Assembly (NCBI GenBank): GCA_050084515.1
Contig: CM114271.1
Coordinates: 39,618,001 to 39,682,000 of the forward strand
DNA from: Blasia pusilla
Lineage: Eukaryota
Direction of reading: 5' to 3'
DNA length: 64,000 bases
Below, in pieces: positions 22,801 through 36,204 of this stretch (positions are counted from its first letter, which is position 1; each line of letters opens with the position of its first letter). Made by a program: the position numbers and the translations under genes. The notes under the pieces are model-generated. The model saw only the letters and a list, made by a program, of their open reading frames with translations, did not search any database and was not told the DNA's origin.

Positions 22801-25338
22801 TGTTCTTGATTAAGCAAGCCAACTCTCTTCTTTGTATATGTGTGTATGAGAATGAAAATGGCGTTGGATTAGTATTTTCTGCATAAGAAGTCAATCGACC
22901 AATTGGGAATACCTTATAAACTATTAATTATCTTAGTCTCATTTCATGTAAGGAAGGTGAAAGTTGGAATCTACCTTCTAAATTGAGAATATTATTTGGA
23001 CTTGCAAGAGTTTCATTAAATGACATCTGGATGTGGATAAAAAAGATTTATTTCCACAACACAAGCAACTATAAACTAATAGCTCTACACTTGTGACCTT
23101 AATGAGATTAGTAACAAAGTATGTGAAGAATATCAATTCCTATGGATGATTGGGTTGATTTGGTGTAAGGATTGGGGTTGTGAATGTTCTTTACATAACC
23201 TAGTTCCAATTATTCTTCCTTGCTTAAACTTTGACTTATTCATTATCCAGTCTATTACGTCTTTTAGGATGGATCAGTGACATCTAGTAGAACACCTTCT
23301 TGAGTAGTGTAGGACAAGCTCAGTAGGTTGAGGATGACCTACTGAGGCCCCGGGAAACCCGAGAAAGCATGTTTCCCCTTCGTTTTGGCTCATTTGGAGT
23401 CATATTAAGAAACTTACTATTTTAGGCAAGTACCATTTTGAGTATATGATCGACTTTTTGTTTTTGGTAATTAGCCCTTGAACTCCTACTTCAGGTCAAG
23501 AGCCAAGGAGATGACTTGGGAGAAAAGGTTACCATGGAGAGAGTTTGGGAGAGGAGCGGGGTATACCTTAAGGAGAGAGAGCTTGAGAGCTCATTCTCTC
23601 TTTGTTGAACCTCTTGGCATGAGGCGGCGGAGTTATGGTCCCTTGCCTTGTGAGTGTAACCCAAGCCCCTCATTAGGAGAGTGGGTTGGGTTTGACATGA
23701 GAGAGAGTGCACACCTTTGAGAGCTATGGTGTGAGATGGTGTAGAGAGAGATTGGATCTTACTTTAGAAAGAGAGAAAGAGAGAATGAGAGAGTGAGAGA
23801 GCTTCATGGGGGAGCTCGCTGGTCACTCGCTGTTTTTGTAGGTTGGGTACCGTGTTCCCCATTCAGCGGCTCATGGGAGTGCTCACCGGAGTAAGGGTTG
23901 CTTTGATTGTTCTTTGCATTTGCCGATTTTTCATGTGGAAGAGTGGCGCGCGGAAGCGCTATCCAATTTTTGATAGGGATTGAGTATGGGGGTGGATTGC
24001 CCCATGATGGTGCTCTCAAGAGCACCATGTAGCTTGTTGATTTGTATTTTTATAGATTTTACATTTTTTTGGGAGAAATCAGCGCGGAAGCGCTGCCAAA
24101 TTTTGTGTAGGAGAAAGAGACATTGGGCTTTAGGACAATCCTTGTCAATTTTTACAGGAATATCCAATTCTAAATATTTTTAATACTATTGTAGATCGTG
24201 AAGCTATGCACATTGTGCAACAAACAATGTGCAATTTAGAGTTATGAGCAAAAAGTTATGGTCAATCTTGCAAAACTGCCATTGCAAGGATATTTTTAGG
24301 GTTAAATTGTTCAAACCCTAAACCAGCCGCCACCGTCATCGCCAATGGTCCGCCGTCGACGGTCAACCATCACCATCAATGATCAACCATCACCATAAAT
24401 GTTCAACCATCACCGTAAATGGTCCACCGTCCGTTGTCCACCCTTTGGTTGCCATTGCCGCCATTACGGAGTGGAGGATCTTCCACGACGTTTGTTGATT
24501 CTCTGACTTGCGTCGCCATCACGTACTTTGTTTTGGCTACCACCGTCATCACAGTTTTGTCATCAACTAGTGATGGCACCTGACATCAGGTTATGGTATT
24601 TGAGTTTTGATTTCATGCTACTATGTTGTGATTGGTAGCCGCTCGACGACGACGGAGTACCATACTGTGACGCCCGTAGCCGCGACGCGCCGCTGATTGC
24701 CGCGTTGTGCCGCTTGTGGCCACACCGCACTGTCTAGATCGCGGAGCCGCACCGTCATTATGGAGCAGAGTGTGGGTTTATTGTTGATTAAGGAGGGTAT
24801 ACCGCCGAGTATTGCATCCCACCATCAAGGGCCGTGCCGTTCGTAGTCGTTCCGTGCCGCGTGCAACGCCGCACCGTTTTGCTGGAACCGCAGTCTATCG
24901 AGGAGTTTTGAGCAGCGTCAGTACGGGAGGAGTATGACTTGCTGATTGGGGGAGTTGACTCCATGAACGAGTTGGGATTGAGAGTTGCACTTTCTGAGGA
25001 GCGACATCGAGATGTGTGAAGGTTACCCATTCTGGTCCTTTACCCTACACGCGTGAGGGATTCTGGCATTTGGGTAGTTTATTTGGGGATATTGGGTTGT
25101 ATGGATGCTGAGAACATCATTTATGTATGTGTTTTAGGGGACATAGACTTGTGTGGGATGTCCAGAGTTGAGAGTAGGTTGTCGATGAGATGATAGTCTG
25201 GTCAATTTGCCGCACCACGCCGCTTGTTACCGCACGTTACACGTCTCGGGGAGGGAGAGTGTAGATCGAGTGCCGCATGTTTGGGATGAGTGATTCAGGG
25301 ATTACTTGCAAGGTTGAGAGTGATCATGTGAGAGGGGC

Positions 25339-28190
25339 ATGAGGGCCATCACGGCGTCCTTTCAGGATTTTGAGAGGCGAGGTAGTGGAATTGAGAGTAG
25401 CTCTGGAGGGTTTACCCGGAGTGGTGCGAGGTTTCGAGGGTCTCCACGTGAGAGACCACCTCGATCTCCTTCTATGTCGTCTTCAGACAAGGGAGAGCAT
25501 GTAGAGGAGTGTGTTAGTGATCCACGGTACAGATTGAGTGATCCTACCAGTTAGGCGTACGAGATGCACGACCGGGGTAGAGGACCGCGTGGGTTTTCGG
25601 ATGCTATAGGCACCATAGAGCTACACGACTTCATTGCGGAGTTTAGGAGTTGGTGTGACTCACAGTGGTCTAGGAACTCTAGAGAGTTCAACCCGTTTAC
25701 AACATGGAATGGTATGTTCCAGCATTTAGAGGGGGCACCCATGGACGATTACCATGAGTTCTCCCATAGATATGCCCAGGAGATTGAGGCATGGCGACTC
25801 TACTATGACCCACACTATGTGTCATGGATGGAGCCGTTCGTAGATGAGGAGGAGGAGTCATGAGAGGCTACTTCCTCTTCCACTAGTGATGTTTTAGGAG
25901 GGGTCACTCGCACGGGAGCAGTTGCATCGTCTAGTCGGGTTCGTCCCTGGTTCAACCTTGTGGTTGAGTTCTTTGCTGAGTTGAGGGCGAGCTACCAGAG
26001 GGTACGGACGGAGAAGTTGCGGAGCATCCACGACTTCCAGAGGCGCCAAGGTGAGAGTTTGCGTTAGGCTTACACTTGCTTGCGCCGGTTGATCAACGTC
26101 ACTCAGGGGGTGATAGAGGCTCAAGCTATCCAATCATGGTATGCGATGCTGGATCGGACCCTGCAGATATGGGTGCGGGAGGGGGTGCTTCTTATGAACA
26201 CCTCCCCTACGTTGAGAGATGTTTTTAGGACCATCGAGAACATTGAGCGCAACATGGCGGAGGAGAGCGTAGCCACCATGGGTTCTGGGCGAGAGCAGTC
26301 GCGATTGTCTACACCACCTGTGCAGCAACGTGGACTCCGAGATAGGTCAACTGTGGCACCACGAGCTCAGGGAGGATACCGAGAGGCTGTGCCACAGAGA
26401 CCTGCGCCTTCATATACGGCTCAGCAGCAACCACCTACTATTACTTGTTGGTCACGTGGTGGAGCTCATCATCAACGCGATTGCAGTCGTCAGGGTCATG
26501 GACGTGTGCCTCAGCATGGAGGAGGAGATGGTGCTACACCAAGAAGTTATCAGTGTGACTATTGTCAGAGGTATGGTCATACACGCGCCAGGTGTTTCAA
26601 TTTACATCATGAGTTACGTCCGGACCGAGGGCTAGAGAGGGCACGAGAGCGAGTAGCCGGTCTGAGTGGGCCTAGAGATCGTACACCAGGTGGTCCCGTT
26701 GGGGGATGAGGAGTTGGAGTTGCCCGACAGGGTGGTGAAGCTGCCCGTGGAGGAGGTAGAGTACCACCACCTAGACGCGCAACGGAAGATGCCGGAGGTG
26801 AGGTTGGGATGGCTGCTCAGATACAGCAGCTATAGGAGCATATTTCCGCTATGGCATTGAGATTACCCGATGTCGGATCCGTGGCATCGACATCATATGG
26901 AGAAACCAGAGATCTGGAGGATCTTGGTTGGATGTGCGAGGTTGCCCATATGGAGGTAGCCGCAGTTGTGATGCGTGGAGCAGCTGTAGAGTTGGATCCA
27001 CAGCGAGGGGAAGCCAGAAAATAGACTAGGCTTCCTCAATCTTTCACGTTGTCTGAAGCGATGAGGATCCCATCGATGGGTCCTCATCAAAGTTCCTGGA
27101 GAGTTGGTGATGTTGTTGGTGTGTAGGCACGGAGGGCGATGGGAGAAGCGAGTGCGACGACTCCTATTGTTGATGCTCAAGAGGGGCATGTGTCGAGCAC
27201 GTTGTTGGGGGCGGCCACCGTTATGTACCGCACTCCTTTATTTTTTTCTTTCGATGTTATGACGTTGGGGGGTACGTCCACCGAGGCTTTTCGGCTGGCC
27301 GCTTCACTATGTGAGCGCGGAGTTGGAGTTTGTGCATCACGTTCAGAGGTGATTTCAAAGGAGGTGATGGACCTGCCCTTGGAGCGGATGCTCGGGCCGT
27401 CCACGTCAGATTCATGGCAGGCTGCGGCTACTAGGATGGCGGAGATGCCCGCTAGACCCGCGATAGAGCGTACCATGGCTTCTCCTGGTGTTGTTGCTTG
27501 ATAACCAAGGAGAGGTCTTTGAGTTGGTGAGTCTCGGAGGTAGAGATTTAAGTTCGCAACACGTCTTGTTGGATTGAGGAGCGCAACCCTTGATGTTGAG
27601 GAAAGCGTCATTCAGAGGATTGGACTTGACAAGAGCCGATGTGGAGCGTTATCCATTCCGAAGACAGACATCCTTGGGTGGAGCGAGTACCACATAATAT
27701 ATCACCCGACAACAGGTCGTGATGAGGATTCGCCTGGGACGTCCTACAGATGAGTCCGTGGTGCGAGCCAAGGCGATAGTGACTAATGCAGAGTCCTACG
27801 ACGTCTTGGTTGGTGGAGCAGTGTTATATCCGATGGGGTTTTCCCTGGATTACTGGGAGGAGTCAACGTCCTACAGACCAGGATGGCAGTAAGGTGATGG
27901 GCGCCTTAGCTCAACATCCGTTTGATTCACATGTGCAGTGATCGAGCAACGTCCTGGAGAGATGGCGACCTTAGCAGCATTTAGTAGTGCCATCACTTGG
28001 CCTAGTGATTTGATTGAGGGACATGTCCATACAGAGGATACTCCCATTTTTGATATTTCTATGGAGAGGAGTGTTATGGTAGCTGCATCATTCCGTGGAG
28101 GAGAGGTACTGTTGTGGGGCTCGACTGAGGATCTTCGACGATTGGCAGATGAGCACGTGCAGACCGCGTGGAGCGAGGCATTTGCATAAG
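25339..28190 (+). pseudogene. Gag and protease of element B
   Basis: ELHDFIAEFRSWCD...; zinc knuckle CDYCQRYGHTRARC; protease LLD*GAQPLM. Mostly one frame with TAG/TGA stops. Confidence 0.8.
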
Positions 28191-28196
28191 AGCGTT

Positions 28197-31100
28197 CAGT
28201 CACATCTGAGTAGCCGATAGGCCGAGATCTATCGTGGATAGGGCGTAGGAGCCAGCGGACTATCTTGAGTGTAACTTTGTCCCACAGTGTTGGATGAGGT
28301 TGAGGATAGGTCCATTGTGTCAGGAACGTTGTTTATGACGACTTTCATGTTGAGGTCTTTTACAACCGGGTGACTTGTTGACCAGGTCACCTGCCCCTGG
28401 TAACCTGTGCACACAGGCTACCAAGGGAAGGGCTATTTTTAGGAGAAGAGCCTTTTGGCTCTTCCCAACCTATATAAGAGAGGAAGATGGCTTTCTTAAG
28501 CCATCTTTCTCATGTTGGGCCGTTGGAGCACCTCCCTTGTATGTGTGTGAGCTAGGACTAGGGTGCTAGCGTCCGGATTCCTTGATAGCACAAGGTGGAC
28601 GAGGCTCGATATGCCGATGTAGATTGAGGAGTGGAGTTTTAGGCCGGGTGTGCCGTTTTTACTACTCTTTATTTTTACATGAGAAAGATGTCAGGGGGCT
28701 GGTGGGAATTCGTTGTTTGCAGGTAGGCAAGCGAGTTGCCTTGGTTGGGGAGCCCCTGGAGACGTGTGTGTTCCATTTTGTGTCATTTTTCTGTTCGGAA
28801 GGCCGTGGGCGGAAGCGCTGTCCGTTTTTCTCAGATTTTGCTGGTGCAGATTGTTGGGGGACAGCAGCCGAGTGTAGCGTGTGGTGGGGCGTCGGGTGTA
28901 CGCAAGTGGAGGCGTCGAGAGAGGAGGAACGGGCAAGTAGGGCTTGCAGCCGCCCGGGGGGCTGTTAAGTAAGGTGATTAGGTCGTAGCCGCCTAGCTGA
29001 TACGTACGTATACGGCCGCGAGGTTGTGTCACCGGAGTCGCAAGGGCCGGGAGCCAGGAGACGCGCGTCAAGAAGCACGCCGTTGAGTGATCTCCAAGTT
29101 TCCCCCCAGCCGGAAGGGAAGAGAGATGGACAGGCCGCATAGGGCCGCGTGCCATACTAGATCGCGGCTCCATAGGGAGCCGCGCAGGTGTAGAAGGGCA
29201 TTTAGGAGGCTCAGGGCATAGGCAGGCTCAAGCGCAGGGAGCCACGCGTTGCATAGGGCAGCGCGCTGAGGACCGGAAGGAGAGGGAGGAAGGAAGAGCC
29301 ATTAAGGCTCCGAAGATCTAGGGCAGGTACGGTGGTACCTACCAAGCGCGGGCGTTCCCCCCCCCCCCGCATTTAGGGCCCAAGGGGCCCGCATAGGGCC
29401 GCGGTCCAAAATTTCTTCCCCCTCTCCGACGTGGTAGCACCGACGGCGGTTGGACACTTGTCGCATACGTGGTAGGACGGACGAGGTCGGTCAGGCAAAC
29501 ACGTGCGCATGGGCAACGTGAGGGCAGGGAGGATGTCGACGTGCTGAGTGATCGACAAGTTGGACAGCGGGCGTGACATGATGTTTTTGAGGCGCGCATA
29601 GGGCGTTGCAGAGTTCTGTTGGAGGGGCGTGTGCATGATGCCGACGGGTTGTCGCATCTGTTGACGGGAGGATCGACGTGTTGGTCGAGGGGAGTGTTAT
29701 GTGGCGGAGATTGTCATATCATGTGGAGGAGTGCATATTGACGGTGCAGCAGGTTGGAGGGCGTGATCAGGTTACCCATTCGAGTCCCTTTTCCCGCACT
29801 TGTCGTGTGTGATTGAGAGTGCTGGGTATCGGGTAGTAGCTGGTGCTAGATGGGTGCAGTGATGGTGACGAGTGTAGATTCTTGTCATGTGTAGCATGTT
29901 GGTGGATATACGGCGGTTGCCGAGTAGGGGTCGCGTGTATGACCCGAGAGTGTGTCGCAAGGTTAGGTGAGTCAGTTGGGAGGCTCATGGTGAGCCCGAG
30001 TGTTGAGCATGCATGAGGCCGGGTATGTCATCACGGGATTGATGTTCGCATAGGTGAGCTAGTGAGTCGTGTGGGAGACTCTCGGTGAGTCTGAGTGCTT
30101 GAGCGGGTGAGACAGGGTTTGTCATCACGGGGTTCTTCCAGGGTTCGGAAGAACGGGGTAGTGCGAGCAGTAGTAGTGGTGTGACACGGAGTGGAGTGAG
30201 ATACGGAGGGGTTACGGTGAGGAGCTCGCGACATCCATCCGTGATGGATCGTCATCATCTGGACACCGGGTGCAGTGGCGAGATCACCGAAAGAGACGAT
30301 GAGTACTTGGCAGGAGATGGGCGACATGGGCCATCGGGGCATGCGTCGTTTCTGGTGCGATGGGCACCATCGACTTAGATGATTTCATCCAGGAGTTCGA
30401 CACATGGTGCAACTTCAGGAGATACGGACCCGACACGGTTCAACCCTTTCATGGCATGGAAGGGGTTGTTCCAAAGACTTGGAGGGTCCCTCGATGGATG
30501 ACTACATGGAGTTTCGATCACTATACTCGGTAGAGATGGATGCCTGGAGGATGTATTGGGCTCCGGGTATGTGTCCACTAGTGGTCGCGAGGCATATGAT
30601 GGGATTGTGAGAGGAGAGAGACCCACACCATCGGCCAGGAGACTAGATGGAGGGGAGGACAAAGTGACACATGCGATGTGGCGAGACCTCTGGTGATAGA
30701 GGTCCACCCTGCCCACCCACCGGTGGAGTTCTTCCGGCAGGTTGGGGAAGAGCTACGGGCGTCATTTACCGACAAGCTGAAGAGTCTGAGGATTTTCAGC
30801 GACGATCGGGTGAGAGTCGAGAGAGGCATTCACACGCATGAGGAGGCGATCATTGCTACGTTTGGAGGATCGAGGCGCGTCGATCCGATTGTGTAATGGG
30901 GTTACGGACCGAGAACTACGGAGGAGAGTCCGAGATGCGGTCTTTGATTCACACAAATGGGAAGCCCACATTGAAGGTGGTCTTTGAGTTGTCTGAGCGT
31001 ATTGAGCTCAACATGAGTGAGGAGCGGTAGTGACCGCTGGATTTTTTCGAGAGTTGACGGGTCCACGAGCGGCGGTGACCCCACCGGTGCCCCGGCGAGC

Positions 31101-31496
31101 ACCGATACCACGGGAGCGGGCGGGCGGTGTGCCTATGAGGCGGGGGGTACGACGTGAGCCTATGAGGCAACGACCGCACCTACATATGTTGCCCAAACAG
31201 GACCGATGTGGCTTGTTGGGCGTGTGGAGGGGCCCATAGGCAAAGAGCGCCCCAAACATGGGAGAGGACCACCAGCGCCTCCGATTGCATAGGAGCCACA
31301 GAGGATGGCCCCACCACAGCACCAGTGTGACCATTGCCACAGATATGGTCACACTAGGGATAGATGTTTTGACCTTTGCCGAGAGGCACGTCCGGAGGTA
31401 GGCCGAGGGCCTGGGGGCGGTCGTCTTGGAGGAGGTCGGGGAGTTCTTCCTGGACGTGGTGGTAGAGGACCACCACCAGCCAGAGGAGGAGGTGCG
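28197..31496 (+). mobile_element. 5' part (terminal region, UTR, gag) of a related Gypsy element D
   Basis: Begins CAGTCACATCT, as at 44237. Gag DLDDFIQEFDTWC...FNPFMAWKGLFQ.LEG parallels A and B; knuckle CDHCHRYGHTRDRC. Truncated at 31496. Confidence 0.7.
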
Positions 31497-31498
31497 GT

Positions 31499-31572
31499 AA
31501 GAGGAGAGGAAGAGAGGAAGAGAGGAAGAGAGGAGAGAGGAGAGAGGAAGAGAGGAGAGAGGAGAGAGGAAA
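31499..31572. repeat. (AGAGG/AAGAGAGG)n purine-rich simple repeat
   Basis: Direct reading; lies at the junction of element D and the MULE. Confidence 0.8.
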
Positions 31573-31930
31573 CTACCTTCAACCGAAATAGATACCTTTT
31601 TTTTTTTTTTTGAAGAGAGTTTCCGTTGGGTTGAAGAGAGGAAAATTTTTGTGTGAATTTTTTTGCACTTTTTTGTTCATTTATTAAACAATCCCCTTTT
31701 TTTTTTTTTCCTCTTCCATATTTTTGGCAACCCTGTGAGTCCGACTAGTTGCAAATTGCACAAAATTTACAAAACTGAAAAATCGGTGGAATCATAAGTG
31801 TGGAACCAATCACTTTTTCCATCCAAGGTCTGGAAAAAATCTATCATTTGCCCGGGCTGAATAGAGTTGAAGCTCACGGTGAAGGTTGAGAAAAAAATAA
31901 GAGTACAATCTAAAACCTCATTTTGCATCC

Positions 31931-34900
31931 TCAAAGTGGTTTGTTTAAAATACTTGAACTTCTTTGAGGGACAGAGGTGGTTGGTGGATTCCTACTCCTA
32001 CCTCCGACTCTCTTAAAACTACCAAAGAACACATAGTACATGTGCTTACAAGGGAAATAGCTTTTGCCACTTGTCTCTCTTTGGACAAAGTCATCACATG
32101 AACATGTGGGAAAGCAATGAGATGTGCACCACATACACCCCTGTGACACTTGAATTTCTGAGTGTTGTTCTGACCCAATACATCCTTCCTATTCCATTGC
32201 CACTCTAACATCTTTCGTGGCGATGATCTCCATTTTTGCCTCCCGAGCTGCTGCAATTCGTTTTGCTCTCTCCACCGTTGGCCTACACATTCTGTTTCTC
32301 TTCACCCCATTTCTAGACTCAAACAGAAATAATGGATTGAGATCATCCACCTTCTCGGGTACATGTTGACATCAATCTTGGGTTGAATACTGAAAATGCG
32401 AAGGTCTCAGTAATGCGAACATGCTCGAACTTCCCCGTCTCACGAGTGCGAAACCGGCACTTGTAAGATTGTCCACTTCGTCTTGAGTGCAGTTCGTGCC
32501 TGCGGCGATGGGCCAAATTGTGGGGGTATTCCCGGGAGCTCCAATGGCAGCCGGATAAGACTTCCGGAAAGCACAAGATTCATTTGGGCAGAAGAAGTAC
32601 TTCAATTGATCCCCGGTCCTCGTGAAACGATCAAAGGTTTTGAGTCCCCAAAACCAGGCGAGAGGTCATCAGTCCTTATGCAGTTCTTATTTAGGAAAGT
32701 GCCGCATGCTCTCCTAATGCCATCAGATCCTGCCTGCCGCAGGTGGGTCCACGTCTTGGGTTGCTCGAGATATATGCCACCGTTTTAGGTTGCAATCCAC
32801 CTCCATTACGGAATCCCATATTGTTGAACCACCCGGTGACGGGGATGTTGCGAACTTCCAAAGCAATGGAGGGCTTTTGAAATAAAACATTCACTGATTT
32901 TGGAGAAGTAACTCCATCACGGAATTGGGACGGGTCGGGGTCCCCGAATACTGGCGTTGTAATTTCCTCATCCAAATCAATCACGGATTTGTTCCTCGAT
33001 CTTTGCCTCTTCACTGCTGAAGTCAAGATACTTATCGGTCTCCACGAGTCTCGTTCGGTTTGCTCTACCACCATCTGTATGGGGCGTCTTGAAACCAGCC
33101 CATGAATATCCCCACCAATGTACGTCTTGCTCGAGTGGAGTTCGGCTCACGCACCGGTTGAAGGCCGACATACAATTTTTCATCACCGAGATCTCACGGC
33201 CATACGACATAGAGCTCGTAGATCGACGGCCCTTTTCCTTTTGTTATGCCTTTTGTGAGAAAGATATGGGATCTTTGCAGTTGTAGCATTGCTCTTGCGT
33301 GGTCTTGTTGGCATGCCTCCACAAGTGAAATTCGTTGGCATGCTTGTGATGACCTCAAGAGGAATGAACACTTTCTGCTCCACTTGTGTTGGGGCAGAGG
33401 GCATTTTCATGAACGTTCAATCCGCAACGAGCGGCAATGTTAGAAGGAGCGAAAATAACCCAGAGTCAAAGAAATAAGCGTCTGTCGGAACCAGGCGAGT
33501 TGCAGGCCGAGGCATCCCATGAGCGACTCTGCGACCCGTCGGGTCGACATGTTGTAACCTTAAACCCACCTCGCAACCCGCCGGAACCTGGCGGGTTGCA
33601 AGGCCGAGGCATCCATGAGCGACTCTGTGACCCGTCGGGTCCCGAATGGTTGCACACCCGGGACGACACCAAACATCTGGATGCAACCCGTCGGTTTCCG
33701 TCGGGTTGCACACTCGGGCAACCCGTCGCATCCGACAGCTTGCTTGGTTTCTTGGGTTTGAAATCCATATAATTCCCACGCTTCTCACCCTGAGCTACAA
33801 CTTTACAAATAATTCTCAGCGTGAGCTTGACAAGACAAAATAGTGAACTCACATGCCGCATGAAGTTTCCCTATTGTCTCATACGTCTGATCCACCAACT
33901 CAACCAAGAGCACAACTCTTTGTACTTCCCTCAATCGCATGCTTCCTCCACCACCCATGAAGTTCTTCCTGGCAGTCCATGGCGTGCTTCAAGGTTTTGC
34001 TGTCCTTGTAGCGTTGGAGTAGAGTGACATGCTCTGTCCTCTTATTCTCCTTGATGCAAGATTTGGTGTACCGGGTCACAGACTGTTGCCAATGGAAAGC
34101 ATCCGACCTTTCCCTCTCAGGTTGAACCTCTCCATCCCAGAACACTTCCCGGATAGCAATCCACCCAGGTTGTGCATTGTCCGCCATGAACCCATAAATT
34201 TCCGGAGGTGGCCTTTTGTTTTCCTTCACCACCTCCAATAAGAGTAACGACACATCTTCAAAGCGCCAACATCTTCTGCCTTTACTTCACACACAAATAT
34301 AGTTTTGAGTCTCTTCTCCACATGGTCATAAACGTGAGCACCCATCGTCAACCATCCGTTCAGCACTATGTAGCAAATATCAAAGCTGACCTAGCTCCCG
34401 TACAGATCTTCCCCTTCCCTCGTTCGATCTATAAGATCGAGGCCACTCGACGGACCTGTGGTTGACATTTTGAAGACATAGGCCCTGGATCCCTCGCCTC
34501 CTTGGCCCATGAACTGCCATCTCTGAATGAATGGAAATATGGAGTTGGCCTTGATTCTGGCGATGGCATCCATTTCGGCCGTCTTTCCATCCAGAACTCG
34601 TATCTGACGCAACAAATTCCAAAAGCATTCAGGATCAGCAAGAAATGCGAGATTTTCCCAGAGTTGTTTCTCCTCAACCGCCGTGATCTCGCCCTGTCCA
34701 AGGATTCCAAGCAATTGTTCATAAATTTGTGATGCCGTTGTGAGCTTGATCACCCCGGGCTTTGAACCCGGAGAGTTTCTGAAGACCTCGGCTACTTTCT
34801 TCGCCACGTCCTCCTTGATGTGTCTTTGAATTGCATCGGTCACAGGATGAGTGTGGGAGCCAACATGAACTGCTAGCCTTGTATACTCTGATGTGGAGCC

Positions 34901-35856
34901 CAAATCATGGACAATGAAGAATATGTATGCTGACACGCTCCAACGCAGAAGGGCGATGCTTGACAATGAGGACATTGATGGCCTCCCGGCGGTATTGTGG
35001 CACCCACCTCGTATGGAGTTTCTGCATTCTTGGGGGGAATTGCGAGGTATTGACTCGCCCGTTGCGCTCTAGATACGGGCATGCTGGACTTCTACACTCC
35101 AAGGCTCCCACGCATTGGCGGCGGGAGACAATCCAAGGACCATCTGGGATGGAAGCACTGGTCCGTTGAAGCTGCACCATCGATGACAATCGGACTTTCT
35201 GTCCATACCCTTGGTGTCCTCCATCCTTCTTTTGAGGAGGAGCGGCAAGTGAGGCAACTCAAAAATGCGATTACCATCGCGTGCGGGCGGCTCGTCGACA
35301 AGAATATGCTTGAACATTTTCAAGGCGAGACGAAAGCAAACTATTGCCGATACTCGCAAGAGGAAGCAGTAGGCGGACACGGGGCCCGATTGGTGTCCAA
35401 GCCAGATTCCGGCGTGAGGTTGATAACATCCGGAATCTCTTCGGGAAGAACAACATTATTACGAGTGTGCGAAGTTGGTGTCGGCCGGATCTGCAGAGCT
35501 TGGAGTTGCAAGCGAGAGCTCGGAGCACTAGGAAATTCTAGACCGTCTACTTGGGAAACAGACGAATTCAAGGGCAGGCCGTAAACTCTGTATTGACCAT
35601 TTGCGACAGGTAGGAGATTCCATACTTTACAGTCTGAGGTCACTGGCTGGACCGTCTCACCTATTATGTCTTCCGAACCTTCCACCCTAACATCTTTGGA
35701 TACAAAGATGGTTCCAATTTGAAGAAGAAATCGAGCAGATGAGAAAATTTTCATCCACTTTGCTCTGAAAGACTCACGAGCTTGGGGTCGAATGATTTCT
35801 GATTGAGGAAGGGCCGCCAGATGACTGCCACAAGTGAGCTTAACATAATTATCCAT
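31931..35856 (-). pseudogene. Mutator-like (MULE) transposase with C-terminal SWIM zinc finger, fragmented
   Basis: N-terminal Cys/His motifs (CVGALECRSPACPY, CPHC, HVGSHTHPV); YVFKMST; GWLTMGAHVYD; GFMADNAQPGWIAIREVF...DAFHW (DDE core with CxxH-like motif); SWIM CSCDDF...PCKHMYYVF. Confidence 0.75.
33482..33738. repeat. ~257-bp segment with terminal inverted repeats and internal tandem/palindromic units
   Basis: CTGTCGGA...TCCGACAG ends; two copies of GGCCGAGGCATCC(C)ATGAGCGACTCTG(C/T)GACCCGTCGGGTC. Confidence 0.55.
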
Positions 35857-35895
35857 TCCAAGAAGATTCCTACGAGAGGAGACTGAGAATGAGAA

Positions 35896-36110
35896 TGCTT
35901 TTCATTAAAGCAACTACTTTACTTTTATAAAGTCATCTTTTATTTATTACCTCCTTTTCCTAAAGTTGGGCCCGCATAAAAGAGGCACCATAAAGAGGTT
36001 TAAACATAAGAATCTCCTTTTTCTAAGCCAATTTACTTAATACTAATGAAACTCTATCTAACACTTAATGACGAAGGAGTTTACACACTGGTTGATTTTA
36101 CTATACGACA
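35896..36110 (-). repeat. Truncated 3' LTR of element F
   Basis: Matches 43099-43313 with 3 substitutions in 215 bp; adjacent PPT GGTTTGGAGGGGGTGAA (36111-36127). Confidence 0.92.
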
Positions 36111-36204
36111 TTCACCCCCTCCAAACCTGCACATCCTCCGGTATGTGCCGAAAACATCAAGACTTCTTGCTATAGACTTACTTATGTTGTGCCTCTAGAC
36201 ACAT

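Noticed and set aside
28582-30000. ORFs in the GC-rich stretch of element D
   Set aside because: Short overlapping ORFs on both strands with no recognisable motif; consistent with a TE terminal region or leader.
33482-33738. CRISPR-like array
   Set aside because: Only two to three imperfect units, no unique equal-length spacers, no cas genes, and a eukaryotic context.
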